DNA of 61,345 bases, taken from assembly GCA_010093815.1 (NCBI GenBank), contig ML996574.1; one strand, written 5' to 3'. Under the pieces are notes generated by a model. It made no database searches and had not been told where the DNA came from. It worked only from the letters and a program-made list of their open reading frames with translations. Source of the stretch: Pseudovirgaria hyperparasitica (lineage: Eukaryota). The position numbers were made by a program, and so were the translations under genes. Shown one piece after another: positions 49,881-61,345 of the stretch (positions are counted from its first letter, which is position 1; every line of letters starts with the position of its first letter).

Positions 49881-50794
49881 GAGGGATAACAGAAAGAAGA
49901 AGTCGCAGGTGAGGGGGGTTGTATGGGCGATTTGTATGTAGCGCCCAGAGCACAGCGGTCCGCACGGACAAGAGAGCTAGTCGAAGCACCTCAGTCAAGT
50001 GTAGCTCGTGATGGATGATTTGTGAGAGCTATGATGCGTGCCGTTTGTAGCCGTGGAGGATTGGAATGCTGCGATTGGCGCACGATCTGAAGATTGGCGG
50101 GCTGGACCATGTGAAGCGACCAGGCGATGTTTGATACGTGGTGTCTGATGTCTACCGATGGGGGACGGATATTGAGGTCTGGGAGTGAAAAGTTTCAAAA
50201 GAGCAGCACGTGCAGCATTAGTTGGCAATGACGAGTGTCGAATGGTATCGTTGGCACCCGACAACCCAGCAATACAACAATAGGGTCACTGATATGATTA
50301 AGAAATAATACGATTACTGTTGACAGCCTTTGTTGGGAACCTCGGTGAGTCTGAGAGTACCACCTGCGCCAAGGATCCAACCACGCTGATGTGCTGATAT
50401 GTACGCAATACGGTACTTTATATGCCCTTGGATCAGCTGCAAGTCATGAAAGTCCCGACTCCCGGATCCGCTCCGCCACCGGGGGAAGTAATTAGAGATT
50501 CTTCGGCACTACCCGCGTCTACCACGGTGATAGTTCGTGTGCACCTCGGGTAATTATAACAGGCGGCCATCACTTTGCTACCTGGACGGGCCCCTAGAGC
50601 CTTGGCGACAGCCTAACTAATCTTCGGTCCAGTAATTATTAGCATCATGGACGTCTTCATTTCTGTATCAATTTAACTCACCCACGACCCGTCTCGAAAA
50701 CTGTCAAACATTCACGCCAAAGCATACTCCACGATCACTGAGCTGGCCTCCCCATCTGTGTCTGCCCTTAACGCAACCCAACACCTCCTGCACC

Positions 50795-51430
50795 ATGACA
50801 ACTGCCGCCTCCGCTGCTAAAACGATCGTCACAAGTCCTCACCTTCAGTCTGTTCTCTCCACCGCTCAGCAAACCCGCGACGCCTGCTTAGCCCTGATAG
50901 ATACTCTCACATCCCCTGACGCCTTCACGCAGTCCAATAAAATCGCGCCATCACACAAGCACGTGAACGCCCAACTCGCAAAGATCCGCCATCTGAACCG
51001 CAAAGCTGTGCTTGGTGCACGAGAAACAAAAGCCCAAACTGCCGAGGCAAGGAGCGGGGTTGACACGCTTCACCTGCAGTTGCAGAATTTATACTATGAG
51101 CAGCGGCACTTGCGTGGCGAAATTGGCGCCTGTGAAGACTATGAACACAAGTACATGACACTGCCCCTTATATCAGCGCAAACATTCCTAGACCTGTTTC
51201 CGGATCACGTGGGATATGATGAAAATGAACTGATGGTAGCACGGATCGAGCATGAGCATATGGAGCGACAGGCGTTGGAGGAACAGAGACAGGGCCTCCT
51301 GAGGAAGAAGCAGGGCTTGATCGCTGAAAATAAGAAGAGAAGAGAGGACCTGGCGAACCTGGACATTGAGCTTGAGAAGTTTGTGAATACGGCGGAGCCC
51401 ATTCAGAAGATCTTCGAGAAGGAATATTGA
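50795..51430 (+). CDS. THO complex subunit 5 / FMIP-like protein
   Basis: TAEARSGVDTLHLQLQNLYYEQRHLRGEIGAC and LMVARIEHE are characteristic of FMIP/THOC5. Confidence 0.85.
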   Translation: MTTAASAAKTIVTSPHLQSVLSTAQQTRDACLALIDTLTSPDAFTQSNKIAPSHKHVNAQLAKIRHLNRKAVLGARETKAQTAEARSGVDTLHLQLQNLYYEQRHLRGEIGACEDYEHKYMTLPLISAQTFLDLFPDHVGYDENELMVARIEHEHMERQALEEQRQGLLRKKQGLIAENKKRREDLANLDIELEKFVNTAEPIQKIFEKEY

Positions 51431-51634
51431 CAGCTTGATGTGTGAAATGCCGCGTTGCATGGCGTGATATAAGGGAACCCATTTTCAGGCACCAATCATT
51501 TGGTAGGCCAGGCCCTATACGTAAATTTTTACAGTTGTTGGACCGACTTTTGGTGGAAGCTGAGACACAGCCTTTATGTAATGTTCATCACTAAGATCAT
51601 GCAAGTAGATGCTCGCGCTACCTCCATGCCTAAC

Positions 51635-54600
51635 CTATTCCTCATCACTTATGCTCTCGTCGCCATCTCCTTCTCCCTCGCCATATTCCTCCTCGTCTCC
51701 CTCCGCCTCAACATCAGACTCGTCATCATCCTTGAGCTTGAGTCCATAGTCGTCTTGGAAGAAGGTGAGTGCTTGCACTTCAGGCTTGAATCCAGCCTCT
51801 TCGAAGTTCTTCTTCAGACCCTGCATCTTTGATTAGCCATAAGCGTCCGGTGACTTCCTCTCAGACACATACCTCTTCCATAATCGTAGCGCAGGAGACG
51901 ACCAAATTCGCCGTCTCAGGCTTAAACACTGGCAGTACAATACCTTGCAACACCTCTTTGATCTCCTCGACCTTGACCGCTCTGACCTTTTTCAACATCT
52001 CTTCCTTCCAGTCCTTTCCGACCCCCCTGACTACTTGATTGACAAAGCCGGACAACGCAGCACGACTCATCGTCGGTTCCTCGTTCACAAAGTCTACCAC
52101 AATGCTGCTGACCGCGCCCTCCAGCGCATGCTTTTCGAAAGGCCGCTTCCCACTAATGTACTCCTCGATGACCATCTTCGCGACGCTGTACGCTTTGAAA
52201 GCATCTGGCGAGCGGTACACACGGAATGCGAGTAGGCCAGTAGCAGTCTCGCGGGCAAATGATGTTCCATATGCGAGACCAGTGCCTCGAACGGCAACCC
52301 ACATAGGGCCTTCAACTGCGTCGAGATAGGAGAGAGCCACGATGAGTGCGGGCAGCTTAGGGTGCGCGTACGAGTCGAGACATTTGCCGGTCAAGAGGAG
52401 GAAGGACGAGTCGATTGGCGGCATGGGCACGATATAGGCAAGACTTCCAGGACTTTTCCCCGCATCAGACAGGACAGCTTGGCGCGAGTCCAATGGAGCG
52501 AGATCCTCACTTGTATCGAAGGAATCTACTAAAGTTTTCCATGACGATATCGGACGTGGCAAAGTCTCAACGTTAGCTACTACGAAGGCGCGGGCATTGC
52601 CGAACCGTGCGAGTGACCTACGGAGGGCTTCCATGCGTCCAATTATTTCCTCTGGTTCTCTTTCTAGTTGCTTGAGTATGCGTTTGAGGTACAAAGCTTT
52701 GACGAGCGTGTTTTGTGCTCGGCTCGATGCCGCGGGTGTGTAATGAATCATAGAATTGACAGCGTAGCACATTCCATTACCGCTTCTCTTTTCGTCTGGG
52801 ACATCAGCCAGAAGCTTGTTGACTGTGGTTTTCAATCGCTCTATATCGAAGATGCTGTCGAATAGCATGTCACGAATCCACCTGATTGCCACCTCATACT
52901 TGTCTTGCTGGACAATCAACCTAATGCGGATAAGCTCACAATTTCCAACAGCGCTACCAGTGTCGATATCATACGAGACTGTATCTTTCTCCAGCTGTGC
53001 AACGACTTTCTCGAATTCCACGCGCTTCTCATCTTGATTGATGGGCGTGTTGAAGAAATTGTTTAGGTACACGGACAGCAGCGGCTTGAGTTTTAACGGT
53101 ACCGAAACTGTCGACAATATCAGGTTGACGTGAGCGAAATTTGTCGGGATGTGTTCAACATGTACGAATAGTGGTAGATCAGCAGCGTCTCTGTCGATAA
53201 CTTCCTGAATGTCATTCTTAATGGGTCCCATCTTCTTCGCCAGACCTGATCTGGCGGTAATTGAAGGAAAGAAGTGGATTGACTCCGTGTCCGGGATCTC
53301 AAATTGCTCAAGGACCTCCGATGGAATTGGCTTATCATTCTCTGCTTTGGCTTGCTCTAGCTTCTGCGCAAGCTTCATCAGTCCGAGCTCTCCAAGCTTT
53401 TCCTGCTGTGCCTTTACTCGAGCCTTTTCGTCCTCCTTCAGTTTCTCAGATAACACCTTTGAAGGAACACCAAGGATCGACACATGATCTGCATCTGCAA
53501 GCCATTGCTTTAGAAATGACTTCCACTGGATCTCTGTCCAACTATCAAGCTCGTCAAGATCACTTAGTGAGCTCAAGGATCTTTTTAGAATTTCGCCATC
53601 GCGCTTCGAGAAAAGATGATCGTAGATAATGGGATCGGTGAATACACTAGCAGAGGACTCTGCAGAAAACTTGATCTGCCTCCGAAACCTGGCGAGACAT
53701 TCTCTCATGTACGGCATGTCTAGTGGTTTAACGGCTGCATCGCGAAGGATCTCGAAGAAACGTGTCTCGACATCTGCGACCTTAGGAGTCTCTACAGCGC
53801 TGAGAGTGAACCATATCACTAGATTTGGTCGCACTTCAACCTGATAATATACTGAACTGGCAAGCTGCTCTTTCTCCACTAATGTGTTCACCAAAACAGA
53901 GACAGAGGACTCGGCTAGGTACGTCAGCAGTACATTTGTAGCTGAATCTAACCATGATAAATCAGTAAATATTTGCCCGGACGTCATTAGCAGCGTACCA
54001 AGAGTAGCATTGAGACAGTCTGGTCCAAAGAATCCAATCAAGATCTCGCCATAGGACTCATCCGCCTCCGGGAACTCTACGCGGTCGACTGTGGTTTTTG
54101 AGAGAAGTGGTGTTCGCTTAGAATCGACCCATGGTCGTGAGAACCGGGCTTCGATGGGCGGCAAGTCATCCAATGCTCCATCCTCAAAGGTGTCAAGAAT
54201 GTCAAGCAGACTTTCGTGGTTTATCTCGCCAACGAGTATAAGGCAAAGATTTTTAGGTTGATACATTACTTTGTGAAATTCTCGTATTCTATCAGCAGTC
54301 AAGACACGAAGTTGCTCCATCATTCCACCGGTCTCGTAGCGAAAGCCATCTCCTTCAGGATACATGATCCGGCGAGCGTGAAGTTCCATGAGCTCGGCTT
54401 GATTGTTTTGAACGCCTTGCATTTCAGAGTAGACGACACCTGCGTCGCGTCCAGTACCATCGACATGATGGACTTCCGTATAACACCCTTCGTCTGTGAG
54501 TGTAGGTAGCAGAATATGTTCCAGGTAGATGGGGAGGATCTGAGCAAAGCCGTCCCAACCTGCTGTATCCAGCGTGTAGGCTGTATGATCAGTTGCGGTC

Positions 54601-54893
54601 CATGCATTTGTATTTGAATATGCACGAGTTGCAAGCTTGTCTAATACACCTTTGTATTTGTAAGTTTTCGACCCCATGAACACGAGATGCTCAAGAGTAT
54701 GCGGAGCTCCTGAGTCATCATGTATCTCAGTTGCTAAAGTAAAATAGCCTTGCACTTTCGGACCCTTCCGGTCGACCACGACACTCCTCATACCAGTCCT
54801 CTCTGACTGATATATAGTGAATTTAGCAGGTGCATAGTCGGCTTCAAACTGCTGGATAATCCTTTGGTGCGTCTCCCTTTTCACTGAAGGCAT
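51635..54893 (-). CDS. Peptidase M16 family zinc metalloprotease; introns 53948-53998 and 51827-51872
   Basis: Inverted zinc motif GAPHTLEHLVFMGS, TNAWTATDHTAY, GVVYSEMQG, VRGTGLAYG; acidic C-terminal exon. Confidence 0.92.
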
Positions 54894-55391
54894 ACTGAGC
54901 GCGATATTGATGGTGTTGGTGTTACAGGCGAGGAGTCTGAAAAGACGCTTGCCACAACGTCCGGACGAAATGTTTAGCGTAACAAGCAAGGTCAACCTCT
55001 GATATCGGTATCGGATGGGTGGCTAAGTATAGCTAGCTATACCCAGTAATGTTCCCAAAAGTGCTTCGGAAGACGAAAATTCGACGTCGGACGCTTTGAG
55101 ATTTGTAAAATAGTTTCAGCTATATCTATCTTGTGAGTCGTTTTGATTAGTTGTTTAGATAGAAGTTTATAGCACCAATTTGGAAAGCAAAGCTGAGGTA
55201 CTCCGAATATGGCTGCCTGCAAAATGAGATGCGCTGTGTGATCCAGGTGCTATCCCACTTCGCTTCACTAAGGAGCAGGCTTCAAGGTGAACGCCACTCC
55301 TAAAAACATCAACGGAATAACTAGACAGCAGTTCTCTCAGCCTATCCAACGGCACAGCAATATCAAAATGGGACATCCCTCCTCTTAAAAT

Positions 55392-58071
55392 ATGCCGACT
55401 ACACCCGAGGAGATTCTTGCAGACACTGTCCTCCACAACGTCAAAAGCAATGTCTACCCCGATTCTGACAATATTACATCTGCCAATATATCGCCTTCTG
55501 CCTTAAACACGTTATTGGCTGGGCTATCCCACGCACAGGAGAGTATAAGAGTAGGACTTTGATTTCTATATCCCGCCATGCTTAGCTAAGAACCTGCTCT
55601 AGGATGAAGTTAGAATCCTAGGCCACGGCGCCGCTCCTGATATCGATGGTTGGATCAAACAAGCCAAGCAATTACAAGCAGACATCGAGCGTTCGAAGGC
55701 AACCGCCCGCGATATAGTGAAGGAGGCTGAGATTGCCAAAGATCTCCACAGTAGGGTCCAAGGCGCCGTAAGGAAGGTTGTCATGTTAGAGAATGAGTTG
55801 GTATTTAACGAGTCGCTTGCCGGAACAATAGAACATGCAGTGATCATCACCGGCACGCTGCAAACGGCGAAAGATGCCATAGATCAAAATCAGATTTCTG
55901 TCGCATTGGAGAACGTACAAAAAGCAGAAATGGGTTTGAGTCGTTTGCGTACATTAGACAACACCAGAGCGTTTGGTATTCTTCAGAAACAAGTCGAACA
56001 GCTCAAGTCACGCGTCATTGATATCTTGAATGATTGCTGGAAAGAGCTCATTGTAGTCGATCCTTCGCAGAAATTCATGACTATCAAGAAGGAGATCAAA
56101 CGTGCGTAGGATGCGACGAACACTGTTTTTATCGCTAAAGTTGGGACAGGACAGAGCATCATCACCATTGATGACGCTGTTAAGGCAATGATGTCCCTGG
56201 ATCTCTTAGACACCGCAATCGATCGATTGTCGAAGGACCTAGACAAAATCGTCTTTGCACCTCGGTTGTCTTATGACGCGACACACCAGCCGTACACAAT
56301 CTCTATACGTGACAACAACATCATTGTATCGGAAAAGAAGCCAAATCCTACCGTTTCAAACACTTTGGCAGACGTCAGTCTGATTGTGGAATATCTGAAC
56401 GCACGATTTCCAACTACGATCAGTCTTCCTCTATCGGCCAAACTTCTACCGCTGATCACAGCCCGCCTGGTATCAGGCTGGCTAGAAAGCTCCATACCAG
56501 TATCCCTACAAGATATCCCTATGTTCCAGGGTACGGTAGCGCATCTTCAAGGCCTGATTGAAAGGCTCCAAGCCTTAAACTGGGGTGGCGCGGACCAGCT
56601 GGCCGCATGGGTGAATGAGATTCCAGCATTATGGCTAGCCAAACGAAAAGAGGTCGCATTGGCCAGTATCAGAAAGTTGTGTAAGAACGGTGTCACCAGC
56701 AAACGTGCTGTGGAGCGTGCGGAAACGCAGATTATATCTGGTATAGCCACGAATACATCTCCTGCTGCTCAGAAAGATGAGGATGACTGGGGTGCTGAAT
56801 GGGGTGATTATGAGGACAGAAATGGCCAAAGCGAATTTGAGCCCTCTTCTGCAGCTGAACAAAGCAACAAAGATGAGGATGCAAGTTCATGGGACTGGCA
56901 CAAGGACAACCGTATGGAGGACAAGGAAGCGGTGCCTAAATATGAGACAGAAGCCGACGCAGAGGATGACGAAGCTGAAGCTTGGGGCTGGGGTGATGAT
57001 GACGCCGACGAAAAGTCGTGTGATGCCTCTGCTGCCCCAACCAGCCCAGACAAGTCAAAGAGAGCCATCGAAATAAAAGGTCTTCAGCCAAGTGATATCC
57101 CGGAAGGACGAGAACTCACTCTCCGTGAAACATACACCGTGACCGCCATTCCAGACGCGATTATCGATACGATCGTTCACCTCGTCGCAGACGTTGAACA
57201 GCTCCACACACCCAGCTTCTCCGACTGTACCATCGCGCCCGCCGCAAAGGCCCTTTACACGCTACCCTCCCTCATACTCGCCATGTATCGCGCTGTTGCC
57301 GCGAGCTTCTATTCCACCGAAGCAGGAAACATGCTGATCTATAACGACTGCACTCGTCTCGCCGACCGTCTGCGTATGTTTCTTTCGGATCAGGCGACGA
57401 AGGACCGAACGTCCACTCTATCACGTTCAGCACGTGCGTTCACCCAATTAAATTTGAATAGCGAGATCAAGGCAATCGAAGGCTTTGGCAAACGTGCCTA
57501 CGGTCGCGAAATGAAGTCCCAGCGCACAATAATTTGTGACCTCCTTGACGGTGCTCAAGCCTTTAGTAATTGCAGTGTGCAGCCATATAAGTCCGGATGT
57601 GACAGTGCAGTCGCAATCACCGTTGACCGCATTCGAAAGATCAATAAGCAATGGGTTGAGGTACTGTCACATTCTGCGCGATTACAGTCTCTTGGATCTG
57701 TACTATCTGCGGTGACGAGTAAGATGATAATAGATATTGAAGACATGAGCGACATATCTGAAGAAGAATCACGATGCTTACGACATTATTGTCAGGAGAT
57801 TGCAAAAGTAGGTGATATCTTCGGCCCAGAAAGCCCAAAGGCGGAGGCGCGAAAAGACCTGACTGGCATATATACTCCGAATTGGCTTAAGTTCCAGTAC
57901 CTGTCTGAGATCTTGGATAGTTCGCTGGCAGACATCAAATTTCTATGGTCTGATGGAGAGCTCAAGTTCGAATTTGAAGCCGATGAGGTCATCGATCTGA
58001 TCAAAGCCCTTTTCTCTGAAAGCGATCACAGGAGGCGAGCCGTAGCAGAGATCAGGAATAGTACAAAGTAG
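55392..58071 (+). CDS. ZW10/Dsl1 retrograde tethering subunit; introns 55551-55602, 56102-56149
   Basis: APDIDGWIKQAKQLQADIERS, acidic Trp-rich lasso (EDDWGAEW, AWGWGDDD), LRETYTVT, WLKFQYLSEIL, DLIKALFSESDHRR; exons join in phase. Confidence 0.88.
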
Positions 58072-58182
58072 ACTGGCGATGAATTGAGTTAGATCTAGCA
58101 ACAACGGAAGCCTCTCCCGTCTGTACTAGAATTCGCACCGTGCGTTGATCTTTCAACACGTCCCCATGGGAGACCTCGTTGC

Positions 58183-59120
58183 TCATGCTGGTACAGACTT
58201 GATTCCTTCAACAACAAGCCCCTTATGTGGGTCAATCCTCGAATATCCATCACCATGCTTCAATACCCACTCGTAGAACATTCCTGAGACAGTTCGGCAC
58301 TCAATCTCGGGGTCTTCCACATCCTCACAAGCAGCAAAGACATCACGCATGAATTGTCTATCGGCCTTCGCTCTGTGTGTCAAAGTAAACTGTCCGTCGA
58401 ATTTTCGATGACTGCGGTACGCAAAATCATGCCGCTTACATGCCAGCCTCAAGTCGATGTCCATAATATTACGCATATCGGGTGGGAATTGGGCACATTC
58501 AGCCGTTGTCCAGTCCATGCACTCGGGCTCAGTCGTGAGCCAGCGCGCAGCGAAGTCTTCGATCGGACAGTCAAGGACTTGGGCTACGCCTGAATGATTA
58601 CATTCAACAGAGGGTTCGTGATCTTTATGGTTCTCAAGATTGAAAGGATTGATGAAGCGCTTGTCGATAGCGTGTACAGTAGAATTGGTGTGATTCAATG
58701 GGTTGAGATGAGGATTGAGGTGACTTTTCCTGGGCGGAATGATAATGAGGTCAATGTCTAGAGGGTTTGGGTTGCGTAAGGGCGTTTCAATCGAGGAAAC
58801 AGGAATGTCTAACAGTTTATAAGATGAGAGCATGATGATGATAGTAAGTAGACTCACTGAAGGGCACTTGATGGAGGTATGTAGCTCTTGTCTGATGAGT
58901 TTTGAACATTTAAGGGGCTATGAATTTCTCACAAGCTGTATCTCGACTTGTATCCATCGGGCTGAATATTTGTAGGGATTTGCACAGGCTTTCTGTTACT
59001 ATGGCGGATGTTAGACTCGCTCACCTCGGGTGGAGATTAGACTCACGGTTTCGAATTCTTGGCTGGTGCTGCAAGAACTGAAATGACGGATAAGAAGAGG
59101 ATTGCAATAGCAGTCTTCAT
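58183..59120 (-). CDS. Secreted prokaryotic/fungal-type (group XIV) phospholipase A2-like protein; 5' exon structure uncertain
   Basis: MDWTTAEC, ACKRHDFAYR, KADRQFMRD..C. A signal-peptide exon MKTAIAILFLSVISVLAAP starts at 59120 with a GTGAGT donor at 59046; the nominal ORF start at 58857 coincides with another GTGAGT donor. Confidence 0.75.
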
Positions 59121-59789
59121 TCTAAGCAAATCTTATGACGGTATGAATCGATAAAGGTTCGCGGGGTCAGTCGGAGGGGAACTATATTGAGTCGAACGAA
59201 GATAAGTTCTCCTCCAACTCAGTGGCAAAAGATTTCCATATGTAGCTTCCTCAATGAGGACCCATAGCTTGACAAGAGCCCAGGACCTGGAAAATCGAGC
59301 CTGACCGCGCCTTCCTTCGAGCGGATATACCTGCTTTGTGTGTATATACGTGTGCATAATCGTGGTTGTCAAATGACGATCTGCGTCCGTATACTCAAGC
59401 ACGATAGCCAAGTGGACTACGAGACTATTTATGTCACATATATTCGGTAGTGTAGATATGCGAGAAGCACTAAGTTGTCTGTCAGGCATGTGAACTTATA
59501 CTGTGTAACTAACATGCAACCACCATCGATTCTGTGAATATATCTCACGTTCGTGTTGAAGGTCGGCCACATGAAGCACACAGGAAAACATATTAAGACG
59601 ATCCAAGCATAAAATCTCTTGCCATATGGTACTAACTCAGAACTTGGGCTTCATGATTATGTCGTTCCAACAAGTAAGACTTTAACATACTTATGTACTG
59701 ATCACACAGCATCCTGAAGGATCTATTTGAAGAGATTTACCGGTATTGACTTGAATATCTATTGGGTTCAACGTAGTCATTCTCATGTT

Positions 59790-60000
59790 CTATTTTATAA
59801 TGTCTTTAAATAACATACTATTACTTTATAACGGTCGGACTCATAATATAAAGGCCTAATAAGGTCTAATATACTCCATAAGGAGGTAATAGAAATAATT
59901 TACTGGAGTAATTACTTATAGTAGAATACGTCCTAACCTAATATCTTTAATAGGAGTCCTAGTGTCTTAATACTATATTAGGTGTATAGTCTAGTTATAA
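59790..60000. repeat. AT-rich, TpA-rich relic (RIP-like)
   Basis: Abrupt AT enrichment with many TA dinucleotides and few CA/TG, judged by eye. Confidence 0.5.
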
Positions 60001-60170
60001 CTTGGACGTAAGAGGAAGCGGTTCGACGAGCTCACACGTAAGACCAATGTCGGATTAATTACAGCCCAAAGGTCAAAAACGCGTAGTAGTTTTCGAATTC
60101 TTCCCTTTTCGCAAAAGTCCCACATGCCTTCTTAGTGTATCTAATGATTTTGTCAGACTTCCCGTGGTCC

Positions 60171-60812
60171 TCAGCCGTCATAATTGCTCTCCTCGATGCC
60201 AAACTCTACCCCAAGCCAGAGACTACATCCACCACACTGTACCCATGCTTCTGCCAAACCCTCTCGGCTCTCTCTTTTCAGCTCTTCTTCAGTGACGACG
60301 TACCCTCTATCCATGCCACACCTGCAGTTTGTACTCCATACTTGGTCACCAGTAGTCGTCTCCTCCTCTTTCAGGTCATGAAGGTCCACCTGCTTGTATA
60401 CAATGCCTTCGCTGACGTCTTCGTACTCGGGTGCAGAGATGCTAGCGCTACCACAGAAAATATGTGAGTCATGCGTACTGTGTGACCCGCGGGACTCAAG
60501 GTTATGTGTTTGACGGGTGAGGCACAGTGAGCGATCGTACTCCTTCCGTGTACCTTCGCACTTCAATATCTCGAAAGCTTCGATAATATCATCAATTGTA
60601 ATATTACTGCTTTTCGTCGCTCGTGCGGAAGCGAGATCTGACACTGGATCATGGTCTAGCTGCTTCTTGTCCGGATGATGTTCGAGCAAGGCTTTATGAT
60701 ACGCGTTTTTGATGTCCTTGGCTGTGATGCCTCTAGGCACAGGGTCAGACTCCGACAATCTTAAATTTAGGATACCATAGTGATCCTTATAGGATGGAGT
60801 GATCTCAGGCAT
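60171..60812 (-). CDS. DPH4: Diphthamide biosynthesis protein 4 (J-domain plus CSL zinc finger)
   Basis: HYGIL, IKNAYHKALLEHHPDK, RKEYD, VDLHDL, CRCG...CGGCSLWL. Confidence 0.92.
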   Translation of the reverse strand: MPEITPSYKDHYGILNLRLSESDPVPRGITAKDIKNAYHKALLEHHPDKKQLDHDPVSDLASARATKSSNITIDDIIEAFEILKCEGTRKEYDRSLCLTRQTHNLESRGSHSTHDSHIFCGSASISAPEYEDVSEGIVYKQVDLHDLKEEETTTGDQVWSTNCRCGMDRGYVVTEEELKRESREGLAEAWVQCGGCSLWLGVEFGIEESNYDG

Positions 60813-60944
60813 TTGCAGCCTTTCTTTGTTATCAATGAAGCAGGGATCTGTTACGATACTGCGATACGCGAAGGTGGTGTGCTTGGTGGCTAAAAGCCAG
60901 TTAACAAAGCATACAATATGAATATCGGTACGTTGGTGCAAAAT

Positions 60945-61345
60945 ATATAGAACTATATATATCTAGCGTACTAGCATAACATAAGTAGCTCTACTATATT
61001 ATACCTCATAGTCTATAGATAGAGCTCTAACAATAGAAGATTTTTTTTCTACTATATAATATATTAAATATTAAAACCTCTTTCGTACTCTCTAAGAGAC
61101 TAACCTAGTTAATTTAGAGTAATATAATAATTTTTATATCTTAATTAAAAGAGTATACTAAGTATACTAATCTCTAATATATATATATATACTTATATAG
61201 TATTAACTATATAATATTATTAATATATAAAATTTTTCTTATATATTTATCTAGATTAAACTAATAAAAAACTTTCTATACTCTAAGGGACTAAAACTAG
61301 TTAATTTAGAGTAATATAGTAATCTATATATATTAATTAATAGAG
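60945..61345. repeat. RIP-like AT-rich repeat block running off the window, with an internal ~191-bp-period repeat
   Basis: Extremely AT/TpA rich; 61090-61153 and 61281-61345 are diverged copies (ctctaag.gactaa..ctagttaatttagagtaatat). Confidence 0.8.

Noticed and set aside
13822..59120. Apparent lipid theme (ERG26-like, CAP, hydrolase, CoA ligase, PAQR, PLA2) as one large cluster
   Set aside because: These genes are spread over 45 kb among unrelated housekeeping genes; no evidence of a shared pathway.

Overview
Filamentous ascomycete (Pezizomycotina) nuclear DNA with short GT-AG introns; I built the gene models by hand from splice signals and recognisable motifs. Left arm: 3' part of an NPS4/Pes1-type NRPS (A-T-E-C-T-C-T), a four-exon Zn2Cys6 transcription factor, a GAP1-like amino-acid permease, an ERG26-like sterol dehydrogenase and an RCC1/Pim1-like gene. 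About 18-28 kb is an accessory block of decayed genes: a frameshifted gene with a hidden INO4-like bHLH domain between two copies of an internal repeat, a BCS1-like AAA pseudogene, a possible chromodomain relic and one intact APH-like kinase. Then come a CAP/PR-1 protein, a secreted alpha/beta hydrolase, a divergent pair of peroxisomal genes (acyl-CoA ligase ending AKL, thioesterase ending SKL) sharing a promoter with two CCGAGG motifs, two hypothetical genes, a methyltransferase, an IZH/PAQR protein, a THOC5/FMIP-like gene, an M16 metallopeptidase, ZW10/Dsl1, a secreted PLA2-like protein and DPH4. The window ends in RIP-like AT-rich DNA with an approximately 191-bp repeat. I found no convincing tRNA, rRNA, CRISPR array or intact transposase, and no clearly new biological system. 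The best leads are the accessory block, the bHLH/repeat gene and the peroxisomal gene pair.
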